A stretch of DNA of 64,000 nucleotides. It comes from Macrostomum lignano. Its lineage: Eukaryota. A model generated the notes under the pieces. It searched no databases. It was not told the DNA's origin and was given only the letters and a program-made list of their open reading frames with translations. Both the position numbers and the translations under genes were made by a program. Below, one piece after another: positions 33,205 through 44,900 of this stretch; within the stretch, counting starts at the first letter, position 1, and the number at the start of each line of letters is the position of its first letter. The DNA lies in the NCBI GenBank assembly GCA_002269645.1, contig NIVC01001040.1:1-64000 (forward strand). The letters run 5' to 3'.

Positions 33205-34174
33205 CTGACATCTGACTCGCTTACAGAATAATAAATCTTACCTGAACATCAGTTGTCATGCTTTATGATTTATGATACTTCTCAGTTTGTGTCTGTCTAA
33301 CGAATGCTCCAAAGAACTCTCTAGAACTGCGCCAATTTGGTTCTCTTGTCTTGACAAAACAGCAATTTTAGCACACATATAGCTAGTACGTAGCCTGTCT
33401 TGCAAAGGTTTATGAAGTCGTCATTTTACAGGGCCTTCCAATACCCTTCTTGTCTCTGCCTGTCTCTCTGTCTCACCCTCCTGTCTGTGTGAGGCCGTGC
33501 GGTGTGCCTGTCTGGAGGCTAAAACTGTGTTTTCGTAAATAGATTCGTGGCCGCACAAGTGCTTGCTCTGTGTGCAGATAAGATTATTATTGTACGATGC
33601 AAACGAATCTTTAACCGAAAGGAGTCGGCAGTATGTGTAAATGACAGACCCCGCGGCTTTTCTATTCATTACTACTTGGCTACACAGAGATCCATACTAA
33701 CTTTCTACGCATTTTCATGCAAAGCAGTCCTAGCATGCGTGATTATTTGGACGCGTTGTAAAATTAGAAAACTCATGGGAAGTATATATCAGAATTAACA
33801 TCTACACTACAGAGGGGGTAAACAAGCCGATATTCGTGTGCATCTGTCGCCAAAATTTGCTTTGCTGGAACTATATGAGTTTACTTTAGTAGTTTAATTT
33901 GGAATCATATGGCCGCCAAAACTTGCGGGCAGGCAACTAAATTATCTTTGGGTAGAGCCGTAACTCGACAGAATTTACTTCAAAAACAGCCTGAAAAATT
34001 TTCTTTACCCCTAAACTTGGACCTGCCGAGCATTCTAATCTCCATCATGCACCACAATGCAAAATCTGCCTAAAAAGCGTCATTTGAGTGCGTTTCGGCC
34101 GACCAACAATGAGTCTTGCTACCGGCGCCCCCACAGCGGTGCACCGACAGAGCCGAGGCCAGTGGGTCTGGACT

Positions 34175-34465
34175 CTGGATGAAGCTGCGAGGCTGAGTAG
34201 TTCTGGATGAAGCGGTGTGGCCAAGTGAGTCTGGATGAAGCCGTGAGGCTGAGTGGGTCTGGATGAGGATGTGAGGCTGAGTGGGTCTAGATGAAGCTGT
34301 GAGGCTGAGTGGGTCTGGATGAAGCTGCGAGGCTGAGTGGGTCTGGATGAAGCTGTGAGACTGAGTGAGTCTGAATGAAGCTGCGAGGCTGAGTGAGTCT
34401 GGATGAAGCTGCGAGGCTGAGTAGGTCTGGATGAAGCTGCGAGGCTGAGTGTGTCTGGATGAAGC
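34175..34465. repeat. 28-bp minisatellite (gctgcgaggctgagtgggtctggatgaa)
   Basis: Period 28. Confidence 0.9.
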
Positions 34466-34917
34466 TACAGTGTATGTGGCTGAGTGAAACTCCTTGAAGC
34501 TGAACTCCATGTCTGAAGTCCTCTGAGTTCTAGAGGCCCCCTCAACAAGCACCTGAGAATGTTGGGACCTCTTTCGAACGACTCAAAAAGTTGACGAACG
34601 AACGGAAACACTTGTTTGGCTTTGAAGGAGGTTTAGGATAGGTCTTCACGAGAAACGTTTCTAAGGTCTGAGCCATAGATTTTTTGCTTATTCTGTTAGG
34701 ATAGTTACTTTTCTAATTAATAATATGTATATTAAAAATCAGCACAGCATTAATATAATTTAGAATTGCAAATTCAACTTGAATCTTTTTATTCTGATCA
34801 ACAATGATCACTGCAATCAGTTCAGCATAAAGTTCAATGTCGCATTCTTCTTAAAACCAAAGTCGAGGACTTGATTAAAGCTTGCTTCGAGCTGTCTGGC
34901 AGGCCATGGCTATAACC

Positions 34918-37900
34918 TCAGTTCGAATTCTTCCAATAGGTACATTTGTTTTTGCGATTCAAAGTACTCGATTCACTGCAGCCGAATGCTCTGGCGAACT
35001 CCTTGTTGTTGGACATAGCGCTGTCAAACTTGACTTGGAAGGCGTTGTGCGGTTTGAAGGGCCGGCTAATCTGGTTTGTGATCATGGTGCTGTAAAAGAG
35101 TTGAGCAATCAGTGTAAAAAAACACCTGATTGAGTTGATTTTGGTCGGCGGATTCAGCTGTACAGAGTTCATCTGCAGCTTGGCTGGAGTTAATCAGCTC
35201 AATGAATGCTTTTGTAGCCAGCTCGATGATTTGCAGATCCATAGTGGCGTGCTCAGATGATGGCAGCGCTGACTCAGTATCTGCAAGTTGCTGATCCGTT
35301 GCGTTGTCTACCGAACGGTTGGTTCGAATATTCGCTACATTATTCCTAGCTTTACCGTCCATAGCACGACGGTCTTCTGCGTGTTGACAACCAGGCCGAC
35401 GCTCGCCGCAACGGCAACCAGCCTATCCAGCTGTCGTTGGGCGCCCTCGACGGTCGAGGACAGCAGGGCGAGGTCATCGGCGTAGCCAAGCACCCTGAGC
35501 CGTCTCTCCGGTTGGCGTCGACCCACGCGTCGCCGCAGCAGGAAGCCGTCGTCGTTGGAAGGCAGAGCAGTCCGTAGCACCCAGTCAAGCATCAGAATAA
35601 ATAGGAACGGCGCTAGCGTATCTCCATGGAGCACCCCGGAGGATGTCTCGTAGAAATCCGATAGGCCGTCCGGTGTTGAGACAGCAGCCGTCGTGCCGTG
35701 GTACAGCGCCATGACAGCAGAAATCAGCAGCACTGGCACGTTGTACGCACGGAGCACCTCTGGGAGCGCGTCCCTCACGACCGAGTCGAAGGCCTTCCTG
35801 AAATCGACGAAGATCAGGATCAGGGTCAACTGGCGGATGCGCGCCTCCTCGATGACTCGCCGAAGAGCCAGGATCTGCGTCACTGTGCCGCGATGGGGCC
35901 GGAATCCGTTCTGCTCAGGCCGCAGGTACGGGTCCAGCACAGGCTGTAGCCGCGATAGCAGAATGCGGTTGAACAGCTTCGCGGCGCAGGACTGTAGGCA
36001 GATGCCTCGATGCTCCTCGAGCTTGGTGGTGCCCGGCTTCTTTGGAATGGCGACGATGTGCGCCGTGGTCCATTCGTTTGGCGCCACCTCACCGGAAAGC
36101 ACGCGGTTCATCAATCTGGCGACCTCAGTGGCCACGCAGCGGATCCGCAGCGCCTCGGTGGGCACCTCGTCCGGATCAAGCGCTTTGCCACCCGGCGACT
36201 GCCGAGCGAACTTCACAACGTCGGCTGTGCTGACTGGGGCAACGTTGAAGCTCTTATGTTTACACGCAGAAGACCGTCGTGCTATGCGTGCCGGACGACA
36301 CCGAGGCTGCAATCTTCTGCCGAGGCGCTGACGGACAGGCGAGTGAGCTTCCAAGATGTCAGCAGTTCGTCCACCTCGGCGGTCTGGTTCCCGACGTCCG
36401 CGAGGATCTGCGGCGTCGCCGAGGACTTGCCTGGGCTGCCTTTCGTTCTATAAGGTCAGTCCTGCAGTCCGAGGCCCTACCGGACCGCCAGAGGGCGGCG
36501 CTGTTCCAGGCGGTGATCGAGACCGTCCTGTTATACAACGCCGAGACCTGGACGCTGACAGACTCGCTCGAGGCTCAAGTCGATGCGGCGCACGCTGGGC
36601 TGCTGCGCGCCGCCTTCAAGATTGGCAACGAGCGAGTCACCAACACGGCGCTCTATCATCGCGCCGGCCTGGCCCGTCCTAGCGATCTGCTGCGCCGTCG
36701 GCGACTCCAGCTGGCAGGCCACGTCATCCGCGCCGAGGCCTACTGTCCGGAGCCGGTGCAGGAGGTGCTGCTACTTACGTTGCAGGCACCCTACCGGCGG
36801 GGACAGGTGAGGACTCAGCGCTATGCCGACTGTCTGCTGGCTGACGCCGGCGCCCCGGACTCTGCCGGCGGTGCGGCCTTTGTTCGCGCCCAAGCTTCGA
36901 AGCGCGCCATCTGACGCTGCTTTTGCGAACTGGCAGCGTACTCTGTTGTTGTTGTTGTTTACTGTCCATTCCTACATTGCTATGAGTAGTGGTATTTGAA
37001 AAAATGGAATCCAGCCTGCTGATGAACCGAAACCAAACATTATCATTTCTCCTAGCAAGAGCATCAGCAGCAGAAAAAAATGTCTGAGCTGTTCAGCACA
37101 CATTTAACAATTTGTTTCTGCTGCTCTGCAATAGATGATCTGTTTTCACTTATTTGGGTGATTTCTTCCACAACTCTTTCAGCGTAGGTTTGAACAAGAG
37201 GTGCGTAGATATTCTTTAAAGCTGGAAGAAAAACCGAGCTTCCTTGATACGAAAGTTCGAAAAAGTCGCTAGTGTACCCCAGCTGTCTAAGTTGATCAAT
37301 ATCGCTATCAGCCCACCAATTCTGAGACTCAAAACTCTGGATAGCAACTTTTTTGACAATTTCAAACACAGTCTCTGCATTGGCTGCATCAGTTAAGTTA
37401 TAGTATGCCGCAGTGTACATGGTGGATACCACTGGTTGGAGCAGTGATTTTGTAGTGTCAAGACAATAATGATTATTAGTCTCCCTTAACAAGCTCGGAA
37501 TCATTTTTGAGAGTTCGAAAAGCCAGTCAAACAAAATTATCTGAGTGCTTGATTTGTCCAGTATTGATTTAAAGTTCCCATCAAGTGGCATACTATCGGA
37601 TGTTAAATTAATGAATGCACCTAAATAGGCAAACTGATCAGGGTACGCAAGTAACAAACGGCCACAGTGTACGAGTGGCCAAAGCCTCGTGTAGCTCTCT
37701 GCAAGCAAAGCTGCAAGGAATCCAACTTTGATAGCTCATCCAGAGAGGCCAGCTTTTGCACAATATTCGTCGCCTTCATCTCAATAGAATTCGTTACGTT
37801 CCATTTCCTTAGGAATTGCAGAAATTTATTTATCTCCAACGACTTGTTGACTTGGCTGCGAAATGAAGCATATGGCGTGATTGAACCTTTGGGTCTCGGA

Positions 37901-38438
37901 TCCGCTGTCTCGTACAGCGCGTGTGTGACTCCATTGATAAAAGGAAATATTGGCGAACTGGCGTAAAAATACTCTGAACCTGGCTTCAAACAGATGGAAG
38001 CAGGCTCCATAAAATAGGACGTTGGCACACCGGTCATGGCAAGACTCGCTAGCAGAGACTCGAGCTTAAGAACTCGAGCCTCGAAGCCTGAACTCGGTCT
38101 CCAGATTGTTGAGCAGCTGGCTAAAGGCGGATCTGAGAAACACGCCGAGCCTCGTCTCTGCGTCAGAGCCGTTCTGCCAGCTAAGGCAGTCGCCGTACAG
38201 TCTACTAGCGATTCTGGTCAGATTAGAGACCATATCGTCCTGCTGCTGTGCAAGAACAGGTCTTTGTGGGGCAGATTTCCGGCGGCGAATTGGTACATGG
38301 ACTCGCACGGATTGGCTGACTGATTCATCCAGCTCGTAGTTGCCGGTTCGTATTGTTCCATATTGCAGACCGTTTTAGTAGCTGCACTTTGCTGTTCCTT
38401 CGAGGCTAGAGGAACGGAGTTTACCGGCTGAGTCGACT

Positions 38439-38472
<34 letters not shown>

Positions 38473-38526
38473 TAGCAGGGGCAGAATTGCAAGTTCAGTT
38501 GCCGCGTGACGCATTGTTTTGTCCAT
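34918..38526 (-). pseudogene. Neprilysin-like (peptidase M13) gene, apparently intronless, frameshifted and disrupted by a LINE
   Basis: Hydrophobic N-terminus. MNQSANPCESMYQFAAG matches the M13 N-terminal motif; CL...LQPVVSTMY...KKVAIQSFESQNWW; C-terminus SAMSNNKEFARAFGC.ESSTLNRKNKCTYW. The reading frame is continuous across the reconstructed empty LINE site. Confidence 0.78.
35363..36957 (+). mobile_element. 5'-truncated, 5'-inverted RTE-like non-LTR retrotransposon
   Basis: RT domains 0-6 on the minus strand (35363-36261: EQNGFR, FVDFRKAFDS, YADD). C-terminal part on the plus strand (36262-36914: LLYNAETWTL, RRRLQLAGHVIR). (GTT)n tail. 12-bp TSD tttaccgtccat/tttactgtccat. Confidence 0.9.
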
Positions 38527-39294
38527 CGGATTTTCTATTTCCTATATAGCGAATTAGGCAATTGTAAATCTTATTTAATGCACCAATTAATAAATATAGC
38601 AATATACTAAACCATTGATGAACTACTTCTAATAGTAAATTTAGCCACTGCTGTAGAAGTTCTGTAAAAGCGGCTTTCAAATAAAGAGACGACAACGAGA
38701 TTTACCGCGGTTGTCTGGCAACGTGAGAGAATTCAAATCTACGATACGTAGCTATTCTAAGAAGTAGATGTGTCTAATATAGTCGAAACCACACCTGTTA
38801 GTTATGCATACAGTAGGCAAGCAAGAACTGTTTTTGTATTCTGCTGATAAAATAATTGGACGCTAAGTCGCTTCGCTTACCAGAAACTTTCCGAAAACAA
38901 GTCAGACCAATTTTGTTTTTTTTCGCAAAAAACGATTGAATAGAATATTTATAGGCAACAAGCAGTTGTCGCTAAAATAATATTGTAGCAAAATATGTTT
39001 TTCTAAAGTTTCAATTTTGCAAAAACAACCAATTAATTGAATTTTCAAAAGCTAGCTAAATTGTAGGCAATTCATTTTTTCAGATTTTTGCAGAAACATT
39101 GTTCTAATCGATTGAAGATTTTCATTATTTTTTTTCCTTTATTATTCATGTTTACGAAATAAGTTCTCAATCTTCTCATTCATTGACACCTTCTGTTTGC
39201 TACTTTTACCGACGCAAAACCAACTGCTCACAGCAAGAGATCAAGTATATGCATTTTTCATGGTTTTTAAGAGACAGAGAAAGAAAATGGGGCA

Positions 39295-41085
39295 AGTTAC
39301 AAAGGGGGTGCCAGCTACAGAGGGGGGCGCCAGCTACAGAGGGGGGCGCCAGCTACAGAGGGGGGCGCCAGCTACAGAGGGGCGCCAGCTACAGAGGAGG
39401 CACCAGCTACAGAAGGGGGTGCCAGCTGCAGAAGGGGGGCGCCAGTTACAAAGGGGTCGCCAGCTACAGAGGGGGGCGCCAGCTACAGAGGGGGGCGCCA
39501 GCTACAGAAGGGGAGCGCCAGCTACAGAAGGGCGCCAGCTACAGAGGGGCGCCAGCTACAGAAGGGGAGCGCCAGCTACAGAAGAGCGCCAGCTATAGAG
39601 AGGAGGCACCAGCTACAGAAGGGAGCGCCAGCTGCAGAAGGGGGGCGCCAGTTACAAAGGGGGCGCCAGCTACAGAGGGGGGCGCCAGCTACAGAGGGGC
39701 GCCAGCTAAAGAGGAGGCACCAGCTACAGAAGGGGGCGCCAGCTGCAGAAGGGGGGCGCCAGTTACAAAGGGGGCGCCAGCTACAGAGGGGGGCGCCAGC
39801 TACAGAGGGGCGCCAGCTAAAGAGGAGGCACCAGCTACAGAAGGGGGTGCCAGCTGCAGAAGGGGGGCGCCAGTTACAAAGGGGGCGCCAGTTACAGAGG
39901 GGGCGCCAGCTACAGAGGGGGGCGCCAGCTACAGAGGGGGCGCCAGATACAGAAGGGCGCCAGCTATAGAGAGGAGGCACCAGCTACAGAAGGGGGCGCC
40001 AGCTGCAGAAGGGGGCGCCAGTTACAGAGGGGGCGCCAGCTACAGAGGGGGCGCCAGCTAAAGAAGGGGGCGCCAGCTGCAGAAGGGGGCGCCAGCTACA
40101 GAAGGGGAGCGCCAGCTACAGAGGGGCGCCAGCTAAAGAGGAGGCACCAGCTACAGAAGGGGGTGCCAGCTGCAGAAGGGGGGCGCCAGTTACAAAGGGG
40201 GCGCCAGCTACAGAGGGGGCGCCAGCTACAGAGGGGGGCGCCAGCTACAGAGGGGGCGCCAGATACAGAAGGGCGCCAGCTAAAGAGGAGGCACCAGCTA
40301 CAGAAGGGGGTGCCAGCTGCAGAAGGGGGGCGCCAGTTACAAAGGGGGCGTTAGCTACAGAGGGGCGCCAGCTACAGAGGGGGCGCCAGCTACAGAGGGG
40401 GCGCCAGATACAGAAGGGCGCCAGCTAAAGAGGAGGCACCAGCTACAGAAGGGGGTGCCAGCTGCAGAAGGGGGGCGCCAGTTACAAAGGGGGCGCCAGC
40501 TACAGAGGGGGCGCCAGCTCGGATGGGCGCCAGCTACGGATGGGCGCCAGCTACAGAAGGGCGCCAGCTGCAGAAGAGCGCCAGCTATAGAGAGGAGGCA
40601 CCAGCTACAGAAGGGGGCGCCAGCTGCAGAAGGGGGCGCCAGTTACAGAGGGGGCGCCAGCTACAGAGGGGGCGCCAGCTAAAGAAGGGGGCGCCAGCTG
40701 CAGAAGGGGGGCGCCAGCTACAGAAGGGGAGCGCCAGCTACAGAGGGACGCCAGCTACAGAAGGGCGCCAGCTATAGAGAGGAGGCTCCAGCTACAGAAG
40801 GGGGCGCCAGCTGCAGAAGGGGGGCGCCAGTTACAAAGGGGGCGCCAGCTACAGAGGGGGGCGCCAGCTACTGAGGTGCGCCAGCTATCGAAGGGTGCCA
40901 GCTATAGAGAGGGGGCACCAGCTAAAGAAGGGGGCGCCAGCTGCAGAAGGGGGCGCCAGTTACAGAGGGTCGCCAGCTACAGAGGGGGCGCCAGCTATAG
41001 AGAGGAGGCACCAGCTACAGAAGGGGGTGCCAGCTACAGAATGGGGCGCGAGCTACAGAGGGGCTACAGAGGGGCTACAGAGGGC
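39295..41085. repeat. G-rich minisatellite array, 17-21-bp units around gggggcgccagctacaga, with higher-order periodicity
   Basis: Direct tandem array. Confidence 0.95.
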
Positions 41086-41921
41086 TAGTTTTTGTGGTGG
41101 TGCCAAAAATACTTCGTATAAAGGGAAATACCATGCATGAAGAAATGTTTCTGCATAACGGATAATTAGATGAGCTTGTATAGATATTTATTTTTTTTGT
41201 TCTGCGAAATTGCTAGAAACTGGTTTTGAGAAATTATTTATTATTCTGAAATACGGTAGACTCAAATCGAAATTCGAAAAGTAACTATAAATATGTATTG
41301 TTAGAGGATTTTGTTAGTTTTTTTAGCTACAGATAAACTCTTTTAAACCTTTTAAAACACAAAAGAATAAAAAAACTGTAAACAGGAAAAATTGGGAAAA
41401 GCAACTCAAGGTTATTTTATCTACGAAAAAGTAAATTGGCATTTTACTAGTCATATAGCTTGCGTATCGTCTTTTCTATTTCATGCGCCCTCCGTCATTG
41501 TTCACTTTTTGATTGGCTTCCAGTCCCGAGAATTCTGCTCTTTCCCATGATCATATACTGCACAAAAAAACTCGTATTGAAATAATAAGTTGCCATTTTT
41601 TCCCGATTTTCGGGGCAGAGATTTCTCCTAGCTAATTGTTTGTTCTTCTCAGAGTAAAATGGCGTCTGATGGCACGCCAAAGATCTGCATTTCACCACTA
41701 ATTTAAAAAAGACTGCTTTTCTTTAGGTAAAACTTTGACAGGAGATCAAGCGTTTGCTAATAAACTACTGGGAGAAAACATAGTCTTCCCCAAACTTAAA
41801 CTTAGAGATCTCGCGAGAATTGAGCCTTTCCTCGCGAACCCAACCGTAGTTAGTAAAAAATATATAGTTTGCTTGAATAGGAGCAGTGCAGTTCGATTAT
41901 AATATGAGCTAATTTCAAATA

Positions 41922-44900
41922 TCAATCGCGGCTGCTATTCTGATTGGGCGCCAGCTGCTCTAACTTGCTAATAATTTTGCTCAAATCCTTTTTTCTCTGC
42001 TTATGACGCTCGGACCGCTGCTTTTTTCGATTGGCGCGGTTTTCCTCGATTGCTTCAACTTTGGTCTCCAGCCGCTGCAGGCATTCCTGCAATTCGCGAA
42101 CTGTAGCAGCCGAAACATTCTCCGTGTGAGCCATGAGGATGTCCGTGTCGCTTTTGTTTCGCGTCACCTCCAGCGACAGACTTGGCCGAATGCTGCGCAG
42201 TTGAGTGGCTTGGAACTTCAGAAACTCCCTATACTCATCCGGATACTCTGATGGAAACCAGTAGAAACAGGTCTGAAAAATGAGTTAAACATATGGAATT
42301 AGAGATTGAGTTAGATTGCAAAGGATAGTAGTTTACTTGTGCTACGTTAACAGACCTTGCCTGAAGCAACCTTGTTCTTTTTCTGCGCAATTCGCTTGCA
42401 GCACCAGAGGCAAATTCTGATTGGATACTCCAAAAATGAAAACGGCGGAGGCAGGAAGCTGATGTTTTTGTACTCTTGCAGCATCTCATAGTAAGTAGTT
42501 CGCCAAATTCCGAGAGCTTTGCTGTGCATCTTGATCACAGTTAGGTTGAATCGAGCGATCAGCAAGTTCAACATGACAATATTTGAAAGAATCAAAAATA
42601 TGAACAGCATTAGATTGTTAAACCAGCGATTTCCGACTGCGTGAGCGATACTTCCAACGGTCTGGCTTTTTTCGGCATCAGCAGATTCGAAGCCAGTTCT
42701 GTCGAAGTTTGTAAACATCAAGTTCAACGGCATTGTGATGATCTGCAACGCAGCGTTCAGCTGATACTCTGTTGTGTTCGTCGAGGATGGCATTGCCGTG
42801 ACAGCTGGGAACAGCAAGTTGAAGAAGAACACTCCAAATGAGTAGAAAATCACCAAGATAATCAGAAGGAAAGGAAACAGATCCTGGATGATAAGACTTC
42901 TCAGCATCGAGATCACCGGTCCGATACGCTGGAAGCGGTTGAAGAAGGAAACTGATCGGAATCCCCAGAGCAGGAACGATGAGCTCAGAATCATCTGACA
43001 CGTGTATTGTACTTGTATCGGAACCAAGGGCTCGTTAGTCAGCCCCCGTGCCGCATTTGCTTGAATGAATTTGCCGCTAGAGATAACGCAAAGGCCTGGA
43101 GTATGCGGATTACTGGGAAGGCAGCCCCACATAAGCAATTTCAGCACCAGGCCTGCCCACATGAACAGCAAAGCAAGACAATCGAAGAAGTTGAACGTAT
43201 CTCTTACGTACACCGGACAGTGCCTGATACCGCAAGCCGTGTAAACGTTAACAACTTTGCTACGTCGAAGAAACTCGGTGAACTCCTGCATAGTCAGAGA
43301 GGCGGCATACGCTACCAGAACGAGGTCAGGCGGCCAGTATTGAAACGTCTTAGGAAAATCTGTGACGTACCAAGCGAAGTAAATCATGAAGGCAATGAAA
43401 GAGGCAAAGTGAAAGCCGAAGCGCAAGTTCGCAGTAAAATTGGTGCCTCGACACCTGCGGCCACCTTTGTCCCCTCTTAGCTTACTGCTCCAGTTCTTCT
43501 GAACCAGGTGGTACACGCAGTCAGTAGCGAACAGGTCGTTAATGGCAGCGTCCTCAATCATCTCCATCACGGTGCAATATTTCACTTTGCCTTCTTTAGC
43601 GGCTGGTCGGCAAGGAAATTTTGGTCCCTGCTTTTCGCGCGGCGCATCTTCACTTGGAAGTTTCCCTCTCATGTATTTCATTAGGAGGCGTTTTCCGTTC
43701 CTGTCAGCATTGTTGTAAAGGCCGTCTAGCGCGTTCACTGTGATACCCGTGACTTTGTTGTACAGCCCCAACAGTTTCTCCTGTCCAACCTTACCCTTCG
43801 ATCGATACACCATTGTCTTAAGGCGAATGAGCAGACTGACGCAAGCTGGGATCAACTCAAACTGCCTGGTTAGAAGAAGGTCGGGCAATATTTCTTCTTT
43901 TATTTTGCGCTTCTCAAACTCAAAGACGGCCGCATCAATTATCGATAGCTCACAGTGGGCATCGCTTAGTTCCTCGCCACTGAACAGTCCTTCGTACCCT
44001 GTAGAGTTCTCGAGGTGCTTCAACAGAAGCCGTTCTTCTTTGTCAGTTATTTTATTCAAACAGAACGCACTGCGAAGTACATTCGAATTGTCCATTTCAA
44101 ACGCTTCAATCAGGAGCGCCAAACTTGATCCATGCCCGGCTAGCTTTGATTTTTCAGTAGTGTCCTTGCAAACCTGCCGGGCCGTGGAACGGTCAGGAAG
44201 CGCGAGTGCCCTCTTCGCCGGGTCAATGAGTCTCCAGAGTTCTGCGCCTTCAATTTTAATCTTCAAAGTACTTAGGTTTCGCTCGATTTGATCAATAGTG
44301 TAATTTTCTAACGCAAACCCAATGCAGGACCAGCCACTGTCCGTTTCGGCTGAGAGCTGCAGCTGCTCGTCAATGAGGTACTTGATGTTGGCTTTGTGCT
44401 CCGCCTTGCAAGCAAAGTGCAGGCAGGTGGCACCTTTGTGCATGCCGCCAGGCACCGTGAGATGCAGCAGGTCGCGGCCCGGCATTCTCAACAGCTTTTC
44501 CAGCGGGCCAATTAAGTTTTTCAGCTCTAGTTTTGCGGAAAAAATATGAATTGCGTGCAGGCCATTTGAGTTTGACAGAAGTTGCAAAAAAAGCTCTTTG
44601 TCACTGCGCGATCCTTTATCGGAGCAATGTTGTAAAATAGCTTTAATCGGTACTAAATCATTGGCTGCCATCAGGAAATTATGACCTATAATGTCCACAG
44701 CATGCGGATCTACATTACATTCTTTTAGATCCTTAATGGCTGCCAAATAGCTTGCTGCTTCACTGTCCTGAAAGCGAGTGTAGGGTTGAAACAAGGAGTG
44801 CAGCAGTGTACTTTCTTCAGAGTCAACTGCACTCAAAAGCGAGCTCAGAGCACTATTCTTGGCCAAGGTTGAAGCCTTCGCCTTTCCACTAATTTTTAAC

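Noticed and set aside
39183-41140. Collagen-like or Gly-rich ORFs (GAPATEGGASYR)
   Set aside because: Derived from a G-rich minisatellite with variable unit length; no consistent frame.
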